Shown here piece after piece: positions 16,955-26,509 of a stretch of DNA of 33,308 nucleotides. Each line of letters starts with the position of its first letter. Position 1 is the stretch's first letter. The position numbers and the translations under genes are program-made. The stretch lies in sequence record SRR31156797_5759; one strand, 5' to 3'. The notes below the pieces were generated by a model, which saw nothing but the letters and a program-made list of their open reading frames with translations, was not told where the DNA came from and did no database searches.

Positions 16955-18754
16955 ATGAATTCTACAATACAAGTATTAAAGGAGTTGCTCTCAATACTTG
17001 ATATTGAACAGCGCCGAAAGCTTGCCTATATACAATTTTTGCTTATTGTTATGGCTTTTGCTGAGATGCTTAGCCTTGGATTGGTTATACCCTTTGCCAC
17101 CTTTGTCATGCAGGCAAGTAAGATAAATGATTTTAAATATTTGGTAGATTTTTTCTCTTTTTTCGGAATTACGTCAGAAAAGCAAATTGTTTTATCAATA
17201 GGACTTGCAACTGTATCTGGTTTTATTTTTAGCAATATATTTCTTATATATGCAAATAGAGTATCATTATTTTTTTCACAAAGAGTTGGGGCTGAAATAG
17301 CTGTAAAGCTCTATAAAAATTATTTAGAAAAGAATTATATTTATCATACGCTTAACAACCCGGGAGAACTTAGCTCAAATATTCTATTGGAGGTAAACAG
17401 AATAACTCACGGTTTTATTTTACCGATATTGAATTCAAATCAACGTATTGTTCTTATTTTGGCCATTTCTGCCATCATACTAATCACTTACCCTTTATTT
17501 GTGTTGATTGTTGGGAGTGTTGTTTCTCTTGCATACTATTTTGTTTATAAGACTGTAAAAATAAGGGTAAGTAGGGATGGGAAGATCATAACTGTAAATA
17601 ATCCAGAGCGTGTTAAATTGTTGAACGAAGGGTTTGGTGGGATAAAAGATTTAAAAATGCAACATAAAGAGGGTGTTTATATAAATGCCTTTAAAGAGGC
17701 TGCTTACACTACAGCGACGGCGCAAGCTTCAATAGGATTCTTAGGTGTTTTACCAAAGTATTTGTTTGAAATGCTTTTCTTTATTAGTGGAGTGCTATTT
17801 ATTTTATATAAATATATGGCTACAACGGATAGTATTGTCGCAATTATACCTTTTCTTTCATTTGTTGGTATGTGTGCAATCAGATTGCTACCCTCGTTTC
17901 AACAAGTATATGCCTCCGTAACTCAAGCAAGAGGAAATGTTAGTGCTTTATGGAAAGTTAGTAATGAGCTCAGACAAAATGATTCTATCGATCAATCTGT
18001 AATATTAGAAAAAAAAGATTTCACTTTTAATACTCTTAGAGTAGAAAACCTATCTTTTTCTTATTTTGGCGAGAATAAATTAATACTCGATAATTTAAAT
18101 TTTAAGATCAAAAAAGGTTCCTCCATTGGCTTTGTAGGAACTTCAGGCTCGGGAAAAACGACATTGATGAATGTTCTCACAGGTCTGATAGAGCCGGATA
18201 GTGGAACAGTATATCTCGATAACCTAAGAGTGGAAACATCAATAAGTAAATCAATATGGTCAAAAGGTATAGGATACGTATCTCAGGATATATACCTTGC
18301 CGATCGTTCAATAGCGCAAAACATTGCTTTTGGAATACCTTCAAATGAAATCGATATGGAAAAGGTTAATGTATGCTCACGGAAAGCTCATATTGATAGT
18401 TTTATAAATTCCCTTGATGATAAATATGACCAGATGGTTGGTGAACGCGGTATACAGCTTAGTGGGGGGCAGCGCCAGCGGCTTGCTATTGCTAGGGCCT
18501 TGTATAACGACCCACAAATTATCATATTTGATGAAGGTACCAGTGCTCTGGATAATATAACAGAAAAAAAGATAATAAGCTCACTTGAGTTGTTAAGAGG
18601 GGAGGTAACAGTTCTTCTTGTTGCTCACCGCCTGAGTACCGTCGAACGTTGTGACAATATATTTATGTTACACACAGGGAAAATAATTGCGTCAGGAACT
18701 TATGAGGAGCTTATTAATTCAAATGAAGAATTTAAGAAAATGGTGAATACATGA
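16955..18754 (+). CDS. ABC transporter, fused permease/ATPase (PglK/MsbA-like glycan flippase)
   Basis: N-terminal TMD with RLLPS.Q; Walker A GTSGSGKT, signature LSGGQRQR, Walker B IIIFDE, AHRLST. Confidence 0.9.
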   Translation: MNSTIQVLKELLSILDIEQRRKLAYIQFLLIVMAFAEMLSLGLVIPFATFVMQASKINDFKYLVDFFSFFGITSEKQIVLSIGLATVSGFIFSNIFLIYANRVSLFFSQRVGAEIAVKLYKNYLEKNYIYHTLNNPGELSSNILLEVNRITHGFILPILNSNQRIVLILAISAIILITYPLFVLIVGSVVSLAYYFVYKTVKIRVSRDGKIITVNNPERVKLLNEGFGGIKDLKMQHKEGVYINAFKEAAYTTATAQASIGFLGVLPKYLFEMLFFISGVLFILYKYMATTDSIVAIIPFLSFVGMCAIRLLPSFQQVYASVTQARGNVSALWKVSNELRQNDSIDQSVILEKKDFTFNTLRVENLSFSYFGENKLILDNLNFKIKKGSSIGFVGTSGSGKTTLMNVLTGLIEPDSGTVYLDNLRVETSISKSIWSKGIGYVSQDIYLADRSIAQNIAFGIPSNEIDMEKVNVCSRKAHIDSFINSLDDKYDQMVGERGIQLSGGQRQRLAIARALYNDPQIIIFDEGTSALDNITEKKIISSLELLRGEVTVLLVAHRLSTVERCDNIFMLHTGKIIASGTYEELINSNEEFKKMVNT

Positions 18755-18908
18755 AAATTGAGGCTATAGTTTTGAATGTAGTTGCTTTTGCTCATCGTCG
18801 GAGCCGATTTTCGGCTTGATAAAAAAAGAACGATTTTTCTTCAACAGTTAGATTTGTGCTGTTCGAATAAAATACCGCAATGGATAGAAAAAACATTGGA
18901 ATGTTATT

Positions 18909-20123
18909 GTGAAATCAATGAATTTGTCAAAAAACATTGTAATAATTGAATTTTATGCTCATGAATCATATTTGAGGTCTCTTTTGGAAATATTCAGAAA
19001 TGATGATGTAACATTGATGGTTTCTGAATATTTCCATGAGAAATTTATCAGGGACCCTGAGTATTATAGTAAAGTAAAAATAATAGTTAAAAAGGATACT
19101 CAATCTCCCCAGTCCTTTTTCAAAAATAACCGTAAGATTATACAGATGGCGGATATCCTTTTTTTGAATACATTTTGTCGTGAGTATACGTACATTGAGG
19201 AGTATCTTAATAGAAAAAATGTGATCTTAACGTTGCATAATTTGAATGATTTTTTTGGTAATTATAATTTAACATATGGAAAATACCTTTCCTGTACCAT
19301 TGAGGAGAAGTCAAAAAACGCCTTGTTTTTATTTGGTCGCTATTTGATCCATTGTTTAAAAGGGGGTGTTTCAATAATAAGAGAAGCGAAGTATAAATAT
19401 AAAGCTGTAAAATTAGCATCAATTTTTTGTGTATACCACCAAAATATGGCTGGTAAAATAACAAAAGCCTATCCCAAGATTCAACAGATTATTTTACCCT
19501 TTAAATTACCTGATAAACATATTCCCCCTCCATCGCTTGAGCCTTGCCCCTTAGGACTGGCAATGATCGGAAATGTTGACCCGACAAGAAAGGATTACTC
19601 GGGTGTTATAGACGCTCTTGAAAAGGCAGAATTACAAGGACCGGTCAAGCTCTCTATTTTGGGCCGGTGCGAAAAAAGAGAGTTTGCCAAATTATTACAT
19701 TCAAAAATTAATGGGTTAAAAAATAAAAATCTTGAAGTCTGCTTTGAAGATCCCATAGAAAGGATACCTGACGATGGAATAAAGGCCAGGATGAGGAATA
19801 TTCATTATTTAGTCGCTGCCACAAAAATAGAGATAAAGGTTCGATTATCCTTAGAGAGGTATGGCGAGACAAAGGCCACCGGCTGTGATTTTGATGCCCT
19901 GTCATTTAATCGAATTGTTTTGAATAATGATAAATATGAACCCGTAAACTATCTGTCCGATTTTACACTTAGTTATTCAGATTATGATCATTTTGTAGAG
20001 TTAATAAATTCTTCTTTTTGTAACAATTTTATAAAAAAACAATATGACAGGATAGAGAATATTTGTGTGGATTCTCTTAAGAAATCTTTTAGAAAAGAGG
20101 TCTTTAAGAAAGTCAAGATATGA
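18909..20123 (+). CDS. Hypothetical protein, probable divergent GT-B glycosyltransferase
   Basis: 404-aa soluble ORF; TLHN in the N-half, MIGNVDPTRKDY (GT4-like G...RK), YGETKATG. Operon context. Confidence 0.5.
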   Translation: MKSMNLSKNIVIIEFYAHESYLRSLLEIFRNDDVTLMVSEYFHEKFIRDPEYYSKVKIIVKKDTQSPQSFFKNNRKIIQMADILFLNTFCREYTYIEEYLNRKNVILTLHNLNDFFGNYNLTYGKYLSCTIEEKSKNALFLFGRYLIHCLKGGVSIIREAKYKYKAVKLASIFCVYHQNMAGKITKAYPKIQQIILPFKLPDKHIPPPSLEPCPLGLAMIGNVDPTRKDYSGVIDALEKAELQGPVKLSILGRCEKREFAKLLHSKINGLKNKNLEVCFEDPIERIPDDGIKARMRNIHYLVAATKIEIKVRLSLERYGETKATGCDFDALSFNRIVLNNDKYEPVNYLSDFTLSYSDYDHFVELINSSFCNNFIKKQYDRIENICVDSLKKSFRKEVFKKVKI

Positions 20124-21058
20124 CAATGAATAAGTTTTTAGATATGACAAAGAATGAATTTTTAGATAAATTGCAAATACGTATCGAAGCCTTTTTTGAA
20201 ATGCTAAAGTTTACCGGTTCAAGTAAAAGAAATCTGAATTTCTGTGAGTTTAAAAGGCTTCTAAAAGATTCTGATACATTTCCTCCTGTTTTTTTCCTTT
20301 CGACCGGCCGTTGTGGGACTAAGTTTTTTACAAATTTGTTAAGGACACATCCTCTTTTTGATGTCCATCATTCAACACAGCCAGAGTTAATCTGTGAGAG
20401 TAGGGATGCCTATTGCCTGTATAAAAGAAATGGGATGCAAGATCAAATAGTCAACCAAGCCTTGTCTTCTGTAATAAGTGCATCACGGGATAAACTTTTA
20501 TACTCAGCATGTAGACACAATAAAGTGTATATTGAAACGAACAATAAAGTTGCTTTTTTAGCCCCTGCTTTGAGAGCATATTTTCCCCATGCAAAGTTTG
20601 TTCATATTTATCGTCATCCCGGTGAATTCATTCGGTCCGGTATTAGACGTGGTTGGTATATTAGTGAGTCAATACACGAGTTAGGAAGGATCATTCCAAC
20701 AGAAAAGGATCATGTTGCATTCTCAAATTGGAGGGATTATGGACAATCTGAAAAAATTGCATGGCTATGGTTTGAAACAAACCGGTTTATCGAAGACTTT
20801 TTATCTATCATCCCAAGTGACTCGTATTTTAAATTTAATTTTAGTCAGATAACGGATGTTCAAAAAACATTAGATCTTTTGACATTTTGTGGGGCTGACG
20901 ATTTTTACAAAAAGAAATTGCAGAGTGCCACTCTCAAGCCTGTTAATGTTCAAAAAGAAGGTTCTTATCCTCTGTATGAGAACTGGGATCAAACTGAAAA
21001 AGATAAGATTTTAAAGATATGTGGTGGGCTTTCAATGAAATATGGGTTTCAATTATAG
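20120..21058 (+). CDS. PAPS-dependent sulfotransferase family protein
   Basis: 5'-PSB-like VFFLSTGRCGTKF and 3'-PB-like FPHAKFVHIYRHPGEFIRS. Confidence 0.78.
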   Translation: MTMNKFLDMTKNEFLDKLQIRIEAFFEMLKFTGSSKRNLNFCEFKRLLKDSDTFPPVFFLSTGRCGTKFFTNLLRTHPLFDVHHSTQPELICESRDAYCLYKRNGMQDQIVNQALSSVISASRDKLLYSACRHNKVYIETNNKVAFLAPALRAYFPHAKFVHIYRHPGEFIRSGIRRGWYISESIHELGRIIPTEKDHVAFSNWRDYGQSEKIAWLWFETNRFIEDFLSIIPSDSYFKFNFSQITDVQKTLDLLTFCGADDFYKKKLQSATLKPVNVQKEGSYPLYENWDQTEKDKILKICGGLSMKYGFQL

Positions 21059-21082
21059 CTTGCCTGACTGGTAAACACTTGT

Positions 21083-22468
21083 ATGCAGATTATTGAATAT
21101 AAGGCTTTTCGGTATTATCGCCAGGATAACGCTTTTTTAAGTGTAAAAGAAGTTACATATTCTCTTAAACGATTTTGGTGTTTGGTGGGAGGAGGGGGGG
21201 ATTGGAAAGGCTCTCCGGTTATAAATTTTTTATCAGTGTCTAAAAATTCAGTTCAGGAAATGCTTGATTTGTCGAACAACTCTCTTTCTTGGGTCCCTAT
21301 GAGTTTTGCCTTTCCTGGGGGGAACAATGTCTTTGATTGTGATAGGTATAAGTTACCATCAATTTGTAGGATAGCTAATGATAGTGAAATGCAATGTGAT
21401 GAAGTGGCTTTTTTCCCTTTAGATTTAATATCGGCAACCTTTTTTATGTTGTCCAGATATGAAGAGTATTGCCATGATGGTGAAACCGATATCCATGGCA
21501 GATTCCGACTTGAGGATAGTTTTGCCTATAAGCAAAATTTTCACCAGAGACCCATAATTGATGAATGGGCCTTAGCTGTGAGAAAATGGTTGGCTTTTTT
21601 ACATCCTCAATGGGAGCCAATAATACCTAATCATCAACCTTTTATAACTCACGATATTGATATTCCCATTAGATATTCATCGGTGAGATATATTTTAAGA
21701 GCCATTGGAGGGGAGTTAATACAAAGAAGTCGTAATCCCATAAAGGCATTGGGTGTTTTTATAGAAGGGGTTACCTCGCTTTTTAACGTTTATAAAGATC
21801 CGTATGTTCGTAAATTAAAAGAATTGCTATATCTGGAGCAGTTATATAAATATCACTCAGCGTGTTTTATTATGGCTTCGGAGCCCGGTAAGTTTGATAG
21901 AGGCTACCGTTGTGATGACCCCAAAGTAAAGGTTGTCCTGGAAATAATTGATGGTATGAAAGCAGAGTTAGGCTGGCACCCAGGGTATAGAACTTTTAAT
22001 AATGAAGAAATTTTTCAAACTGAAAAACACAAAATGGATGCAGTGCTCGAAATTGACAGATATGGCGGGCGCCAGCATTATTTGCGTTGGAAAGCTGGTG
22101 TTAGCTGGGAGACTTGGGAAAAGTACGGATTAATTTATGATTCAACATTAGGCTGGGCAAACTCTATTGGATTTAGATGCGGAACCTGCCATCCATATCC
22201 ATGTTTTTCGATTAAAGAACAAAGGACCCTATCTTTAATTGAACGGCCCTTGATTATTATGGATACAGCAGCGGTTCAAACTTCTGATACAATGGACGGG
22301 ATTGAAAAATCTATTATTGATGTTCTGCAAAGGGTTCGACTGGTAAACGGAGAGGCGGTAATTTTACTTCACAATAGTTTTCACAATAATTTTGTTGAAG
22401 AAATTATATATAAAACTCTTGGTATGTCTGAAATTCACTTAAGATACAAAAATACGAGGGTTATATGA
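21083..22468 (+). CDS. Polysaccharide deacetylase (NodB-like fold) domain protein
   Basis: D...ATFFMLSRYEE, D.HGRF, RPIIDEW, ITHDID, ELGWHPGY, GGRQHYLRW, YDSTLG, GFRCGTC.PY, PLIIMD, LLHN. Confidence 0.8.
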   Translation: MQIIEYKAFRYYRQDNAFLSVKEVTYSLKRFWCLVGGGGDWKGSPVINFLSVSKNSVQEMLDLSNNSLSWVPMSFAFPGGNNVFDCDRYKLPSICRIANDSEMQCDEVAFFPLDLISATFFMLSRYEEYCHDGETDIHGRFRLEDSFAYKQNFHQRPIIDEWALAVRKWLAFLHPQWEPIIPNHQPFITHDIDIPIRYSSVRYILRAIGGELIQRSRNPIKALGVFIEGVTSLFNVYKDPYVRKLKELLYLEQLYKYHSACFIMASEPGKFDRGYRCDDPKVKVVLEIIDGMKAELGWHPGYRTFNNEEIFQTEKHKMDAVLEIDRYGGRQHYLRWKAGVSWETWEKYGLIYDSTLGWANSIGFRCGTCHPYPCFSIKEQRTLSLIERPLIIMDTAAVQTSDTMDGIEKSIIDVLQRVRLVNGEAVILLHNSFHNNFVEEIIYKTLGMSEIHLRYKNTRVI

Positions 22469-23070
22469 TTGCTATAGCTGATTATGGATTAGGAAACTTG
22501 AAATCCATATATAATATGTTCAAAAAAGTTGGGGTTGAGTCAATTATCACCTCGGATGTTAGAGAAATTCAAAAAGCGAATAAATATCTGTTACCAGGTG
22601 TGGGAGCATTTGATCATGGAATACGCAATTTAAAGGGCTCACCTTTTTTTAATCAATTAAAGGAAGAGGTCCTGGTAAATCAAAAGCCTATCTTAGGTAT
22701 ATGCCTTGGTATGCAGTTGCTTACCTCTTCGAGTGAAGAGGGACAAGAAAGGGGTCTCGGATGGATTGAGGCAAAAACGGTGAAATTTGACATTGCAGAT
22801 AACGATTTTTCTATCCCGCATATGGGGTGGAATCAAGTGAACCCTGCACAACAAGACAAATTGTTCAGAAAACTTGATGATAACAGATTTTATTTTGTTC
22901 ATTCTTATCACGTTGTTTGTCGTGATGAAAAGGCTGTTTTAGCAACAGCAGACTATGGGAATAAATTTATATGTGGGATTCGTAAAGATAATATATTCGG
23001 GGTGCAGTTTCATCCCGAGAAAAGTCATAAGTTTGGAATGCGGTTGCTAAAAAATTTTGGAGAAATGTAA
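22465..23070 (+). CDS. hisH: HisH-like class I glutamine amidotransferase (WbuY-type glycan-locus paralogue)
   Basis: DYGLGNL.S, LPGVGAF, GICLGMQ (catalytic Cys), PHMGWN, FYFVHSY, QFHPEKS. Confidence 0.92.
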   Translation: MIAIADYGLGNLKSIYNMFKKVGVESIITSDVREIQKANKYLLPGVGAFDHGIRNLKGSPFFNQLKEEVLVNQKPILGICLGMQLLTSSSEEGQERGLGWIEAKTVKFDIADNDFSIPHMGWNQVNPAQQDKLFRKLDDNRFYFVHSYHVVCRDEKAVLATADYGNKFICGIRKDNIFGVQFHPEKSHKFGMRLLKNFGEM

Positions 23071-23831
23071 TGCTTCAAAAAAGAGTAATTCCATGCCTTC
23101 TCTTGCACAAAGGAGGGTTATATAAGACTCAATGCTTCAGAAAGCCAACATATATAGGCGATCCTATAAACGCTATTAAGATTTTCAATGATAAGGAAGT
23201 CGATGAGCTAATATTTTTAGATATAGATGCAACCGTAAAGAAAAAAGAACCTAACTATAGCTTAATTGAAAATATTGCTGGTGAGTGCTTTATGCCTCTT
23301 TGTTATGGAGGGGGCGTGAAAACAATAAAACAGATGAAACGAATATATGCTTTGGGGGTAGAGAAGATATCTCTAAGTTCTGCGGCTTTGGAGAACCCTC
23401 ATATTATTGCTGAGGCTGCAGCTGTTTTTGGAAAGCAAAGTGTCGTGGTAACCCTCGATGTTAAAAAAGATTTTTTCAGACGCAAAAAAATTTTTGTGAA
23501 CAACGGAAAAAAAAACACAAAACAGGATGTTTTAGAATTTGTGGGGCTCATACAGGAATTAGGAGCGGGAGAGCTTGTTATAAACTCTGCTGATAATGAT
23601 GGATTAATGACTGGTTATGACATAGAACTTTTGAAAGCCGTTAAAAAGCATGCAAAAGTTCCTGTTATTGCGTTAGGTGGTGCCGGTAATCTTGATCATA
23701 TAAAAGCCGTTTTTGACGTTGCTAAAGTAGATGCTGTAGCATGTGGTAGTATGTTTGTATATCAAGGGGCGTTAAAAGGGGTTTTGATTAACTATCCTCC
23801 ATACGGAAAAATGCAGGATTTTTTTAAATAA
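23070..23831 (+). CDS. hisF: HisF-like cyclase-fold protein (WbuZ/AglZ/HisF2 type)
   Basis: KRVIPCLLL, YIGDPINA.KIFNDKEVDEL, ECFMPL.YGGG, GAGEL, DG.M.GYD, ALGGAG. Lies in a glycan locus rather than a his operon. Confidence 0.9.
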   Translation: MLQKRVIPCLLLHKGGLYKTQCFRKPTYIGDPINAIKIFNDKEVDELIFLDIDATVKKKEPNYSLIENIAGECFMPLCYGGGVKTIKQMKRIYALGVEKISLSSAALENPHIIAEAAAVFGKQSVVVTLDVKKDFFRRKKIFVNNGKKNTKQDVLEFVGLIQELGAGELVINSADNDGLMTGYDIELLKAVKKHAKVPVIALGGAGNLDHIKAVFDVAKVDAVACGSMFVYQGALKGVLINYPPYGKMQDFFK

Positions 23832-23840
23832 AGGTAAATC

Positions 23841-24971
23841 GTGGACAACAAAGAAAACATAAAGGTTTGTAGGCGATGCGTTATGGACTCAACAATAAAG
23901 GTTATTGATTTTGATGAGGATGGCATTTGCAATTACTGTAAGGGATATCTTCAGAGATCATCATCAGAACTCTTAAAAACGCCGAAAAGGGGAGAAAAAC
24001 GCAATGACCTTATTAAAAAAATAAAAAGAGATGGAAAGGGCAAGAAATATGACTGTATCATCGGCGTTAGTGGAGGAGTTGATAGCAGTTATGTTGCTCA
24101 CCTCGTTAGAAAGTTTGAACTGAGACCATTGGCATTGCATTTAGATAACGGATGGAATAGTGAATTAGCTGTAAAAAATATAGAGCAGTTACTCGAAAAA
24201 TTAGATATCGACTTATATACACATGTTATAGATTGGGAAGAGTTTAAGGACTTGCAGAAGGCTTTTATAAGTTCATCCTTAGAGAATATAGAGATTGCGA
24301 GTGATCACGCAATTAATGCTCTTTTGCTAAAAACTGCAAATAAATATGGAATTAAATACATTTTAAACGGGAGTAATCTTGTAACAGAAGGGATTTTGGC
24401 TGTTCAAGGAGGGAAAGATGTTGACTATAGGCTTTTAAAGGACATACATCGGAAATTCGGAACGAAAAAACTAAAAACTTACCCATCAATAAGCATTTGG
24501 CACTTTGCTTACTTAGTGTTGGTTAAAAAAATAAAATTTATACCTTTTTTAAATTATGTCGATTACGACAAAGAATCTGCGATGGAGCTTCTGGAAGATA
24601 AATATTCTTGGAGAAGGTATGGGGGAAAACATTACGAGTCTATTTTTACAAGGTTTTTTCAAGGATATATACTACCGACGAAATTCAATTATGATAAGCG
24701 TAAATCGCATCTTTCCACAATGATAATGTCAAATCAGATCAGTAGAAAAGAGGCTTTCGAAGAATTAGCTAAAGATCCATATGAAAATGAAAGTTTGTTG
24801 TTAGAGGATTTGGAGTTTTTTCTAAAGAAACTTGAATATTCAAAAGAAGAATTTCAGCAAATAATGTCACAAAAGCCTGTTGAACCAACAGAGTATAAAT
24901 CCTATGAAAGAATGTTTGAAATTTTAAGTCCATTAGTATTTAAGGTAAAAGAGTATGCGAAGGGGAACTGA
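23841..24971 (+). CDS. N-acetyl sugar amidotransferase (WbpG/WbuX family)
   Basis: CRRCVMD...GICNYC, YDCIIGVSGGVDSS (PP-loop), H.DNGWNSELA..NI, YGGKHYES.FTRF.Q, DKRK.HLS. GTG start. Confidence 0.92.
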   Translation: MDNKENIKVCRRCVMDSTIKVIDFDEDGICNYCKGYLQRSSSELLKTPKRGEKRNDLIKKIKRDGKGKKYDCIIGVSGGVDSSYVAHLVRKFELRPLALHLDNGWNSELAVKNIEQLLEKLDIDLYTHVIDWEEFKDLQKAFISSSLENIEIASDHAINALLLKTANKYGIKYILNGSNLVTEGILAVQGGKDVDYRLLKDIHRKFGTKKLKTYPSISIWHFAYLVLVKKIKFIPFLNYVDYDKESAMELLEDKYSWRRYGGKHYESIFTRFFQGYILPTKFNYDKRKSHLSTMIMSNQISRKEAFEELAKDPYENESLLLEDLEFFLKKLEYSKEEFQQIMSQKPVEPTEYKSYERMFEILSPLVFKVKEYAKGN

Positions 24972-26099
24972 TTGAGTAATTGTAATTTACATATTTACCC
25001 TAGTGATATGCTTTTGGAGAGTCGAATATTTAAAGAGGCAAGCTCAATAATATATAACTTGGGCTTCGAGAAAGCCGTTTTGCTTGGTATTTGGGAAAAT
25101 GGTCTACCAAAAGAAGAACAATTGGAGAGAAATATAGAAATAAAAAGAGTTTATTTATTTGATGTTCAAAAGAGATCTATTTTATATTTATATTATTTTC
25201 TATATTCTTTTTTTTATATTCTATTTGTTAGGCCCCAAATGATTAATATCCACACACTGGAGTTTTTACCGTTATGTTTGATTGGCAAATTATTAAATTT
25301 AAAAGTAGTTTATGATACTCATGAGTTAGAAACGGAGAAATGCAATTTACATGGCTTCAGAAAAAAGATATCGAAAATTATAGAGCGTTTGTTTATAAAA
25401 AAAGTTGACTTGATATTTGTTGTTAGTGAAAATATTTCGAAGTGGTATGCCAATGAGTACAATATTCCCAAACCAAAAGTCGTTTTAAATGCACCTAAAC
25501 TATTCGCTCATGGAAAAAGAGATTTGTTCAGACAAAAATTAGGGATAAGGCCAGAATCAAGAATTGTTTTATACCAGGGAGGACTAGCAAAGGGAAGAGG
25601 AATTGAACTCTTAGTTGAAGCATTTAAAAAAAGAATAGAAAATAATTTGGTGGTAGTTTTTATGGGGGCTGGAGAATTAAGTGACGAAATCAAAGAAGCC
25701 TCTAATTTATATAGCAATATCTACTACTATGATGCTGTAAGTCCAGAGGTCGTTTTAAACTATACTTCTTCTGGTGATATCGGGATCTCTCTAATTGAAA
25801 ATGTCTGTTTGTCTTACTATTATTGCATGCCAAATAAGTTATTTGAGTATGCTATGGGTGGACTTCCGGTTGTTGTATCAAATATGAAGGAAATGAGACG
25901 GGGGGTTTTAGACTATAACATGGGAATTGTTGTAAAAAATAATACGGTAGAAGATTTAAATAATTCGTTGGATGAGCTTTTAACTTTGAATTTAGACGAA
26001 ATGAAAGAAAACGCAATAAAGTTTGCCCGGGATAATTGTTGGGAGATTCAAGAAGAAAAAATGCTTAAAAGTTATAGCTATCTATTTCCTTTTTTATAA
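24972..26099 (+). CDS. Glycosyltransferase family 4
   Basis: SRIFKEA, VYDTHEL, YQGGL..GRGIE, PNKLFEYAM.GLPVVVS. TTG start after AAGGGG. Confidence 0.88.
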   Translation: MSNCNLHIYPSDMLLESRIFKEASSIIYNLGFEKAVLLGIWENGLPKEEQLERNIEIKRVYLFDVQKRSILYLYYFLYSFFYILFVRPQMINIHTLEFLPLCLIGKLLNLKVVYDTHELETEKCNLHGFRKKISKIIERLFIKKVDLIFVVSENISKWYANEYNIPKPKVVLNAPKLFAHGKRDLFRQKLGIRPESRIVLYQGGLAKGRGIELLVEAFKKRIENNLVVVFMGAGELSDEIKEASNLYSNIYYYDAVSPEVVLNYTSSGDIGISLIENVCLSYYYCMPNKLFEYAMGGLPVVVSNMKEMRRGVLDYNMGIVVKNNTVEDLNNSLDELLTLNLDEMKENAIKFARDNCWEIQEEKMLKSYSYLFPFL

Positions 26100-26110
26100 A
26101 AGAGAGCATC

Positions 26111-26477
26111 TGATACTGTGAAATAATGGATACTTATTTAAGAGTAGAATTAATCATTCAGGAGGTGTTTCGATCAGCGAATTATCACCTGCAAATGCTG
26201 TGTCGATTCAGTCAGAGTTTAAATGCCTTCGGATAGAAAATAAAAAATGATCCCATAGATATAGGGCTCGAATTTTAATAAAACAGACCGACTCTTTTAG
26301 AATTATAAAATACCAGAAGACGCAAGAATAGATTATGTTTGATTACATCAAAGTTATTTATAATAATAAAAGGTGACATTCCTATCTGGGGAAACATCAG
26401 CCCAAAAATGTATGAAAAATTGTGGAATTTGATGAAGGTAGCATAGGAAAAGTGTCCATTTTCATTTGACCATATCA
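26111..26477 (+). mobile_element. Decayed, internally deleted IS3-family element (~367 bp) retaining both terminal inverted repeats
   Basis: Left end TGATACTGTGAAATAATGGATACTT (26111-26135); reverse complement of right end (26450-26477) TGATATGGTCAAATGAAAATGGACACTT; TG...CA termini. GGAGG at 26161. OrfA-like relic SEFKCLRIENKK* (26212-26250). OrfB C-terminal relic YKIPEDARID/MFDYIKVIYNNKR*HSYLG/NISPKMYEKLWNLMKVA* (26304-26446) with frameshifts and an internal stop. Confidence 0.82.
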
Positions 26478-26494
26478 AATTCAAAGCTTTTAAT
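26466..26494 (+). promoter_or_regulatory. Candidate sigma70-type hybrid promoter (-35 in the IS right end, -10 in flanking DNA)
   Basis: TTGACC (26466-26471), 17-nt spacer, TTTAAT (26489-26494), upstream of the ATG at 26510. Confidence 0.35.
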
Positions 26495-26509
26495 CTTTAA
26501 GGAAATAAT

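Noticed and set aside
18802-18816. Hairpin AGCCGA-TTT-TCGGCT after the ABC transporter gene
   Set aside because: A 6-bp stem with no following U-tract; cannot be supported as an intrinsic terminator.
22465-23831. Histidine biosynthesis operon
   Set aside because: No other his genes; the adjacent WbpG/WbuX gene marks these as glycan-amidation paralogues.
26275-26484. 69-aa minus-strand ORF in the intergenic gap
   Set aside because: It is the antisense reading of the IS3 transposase relic.
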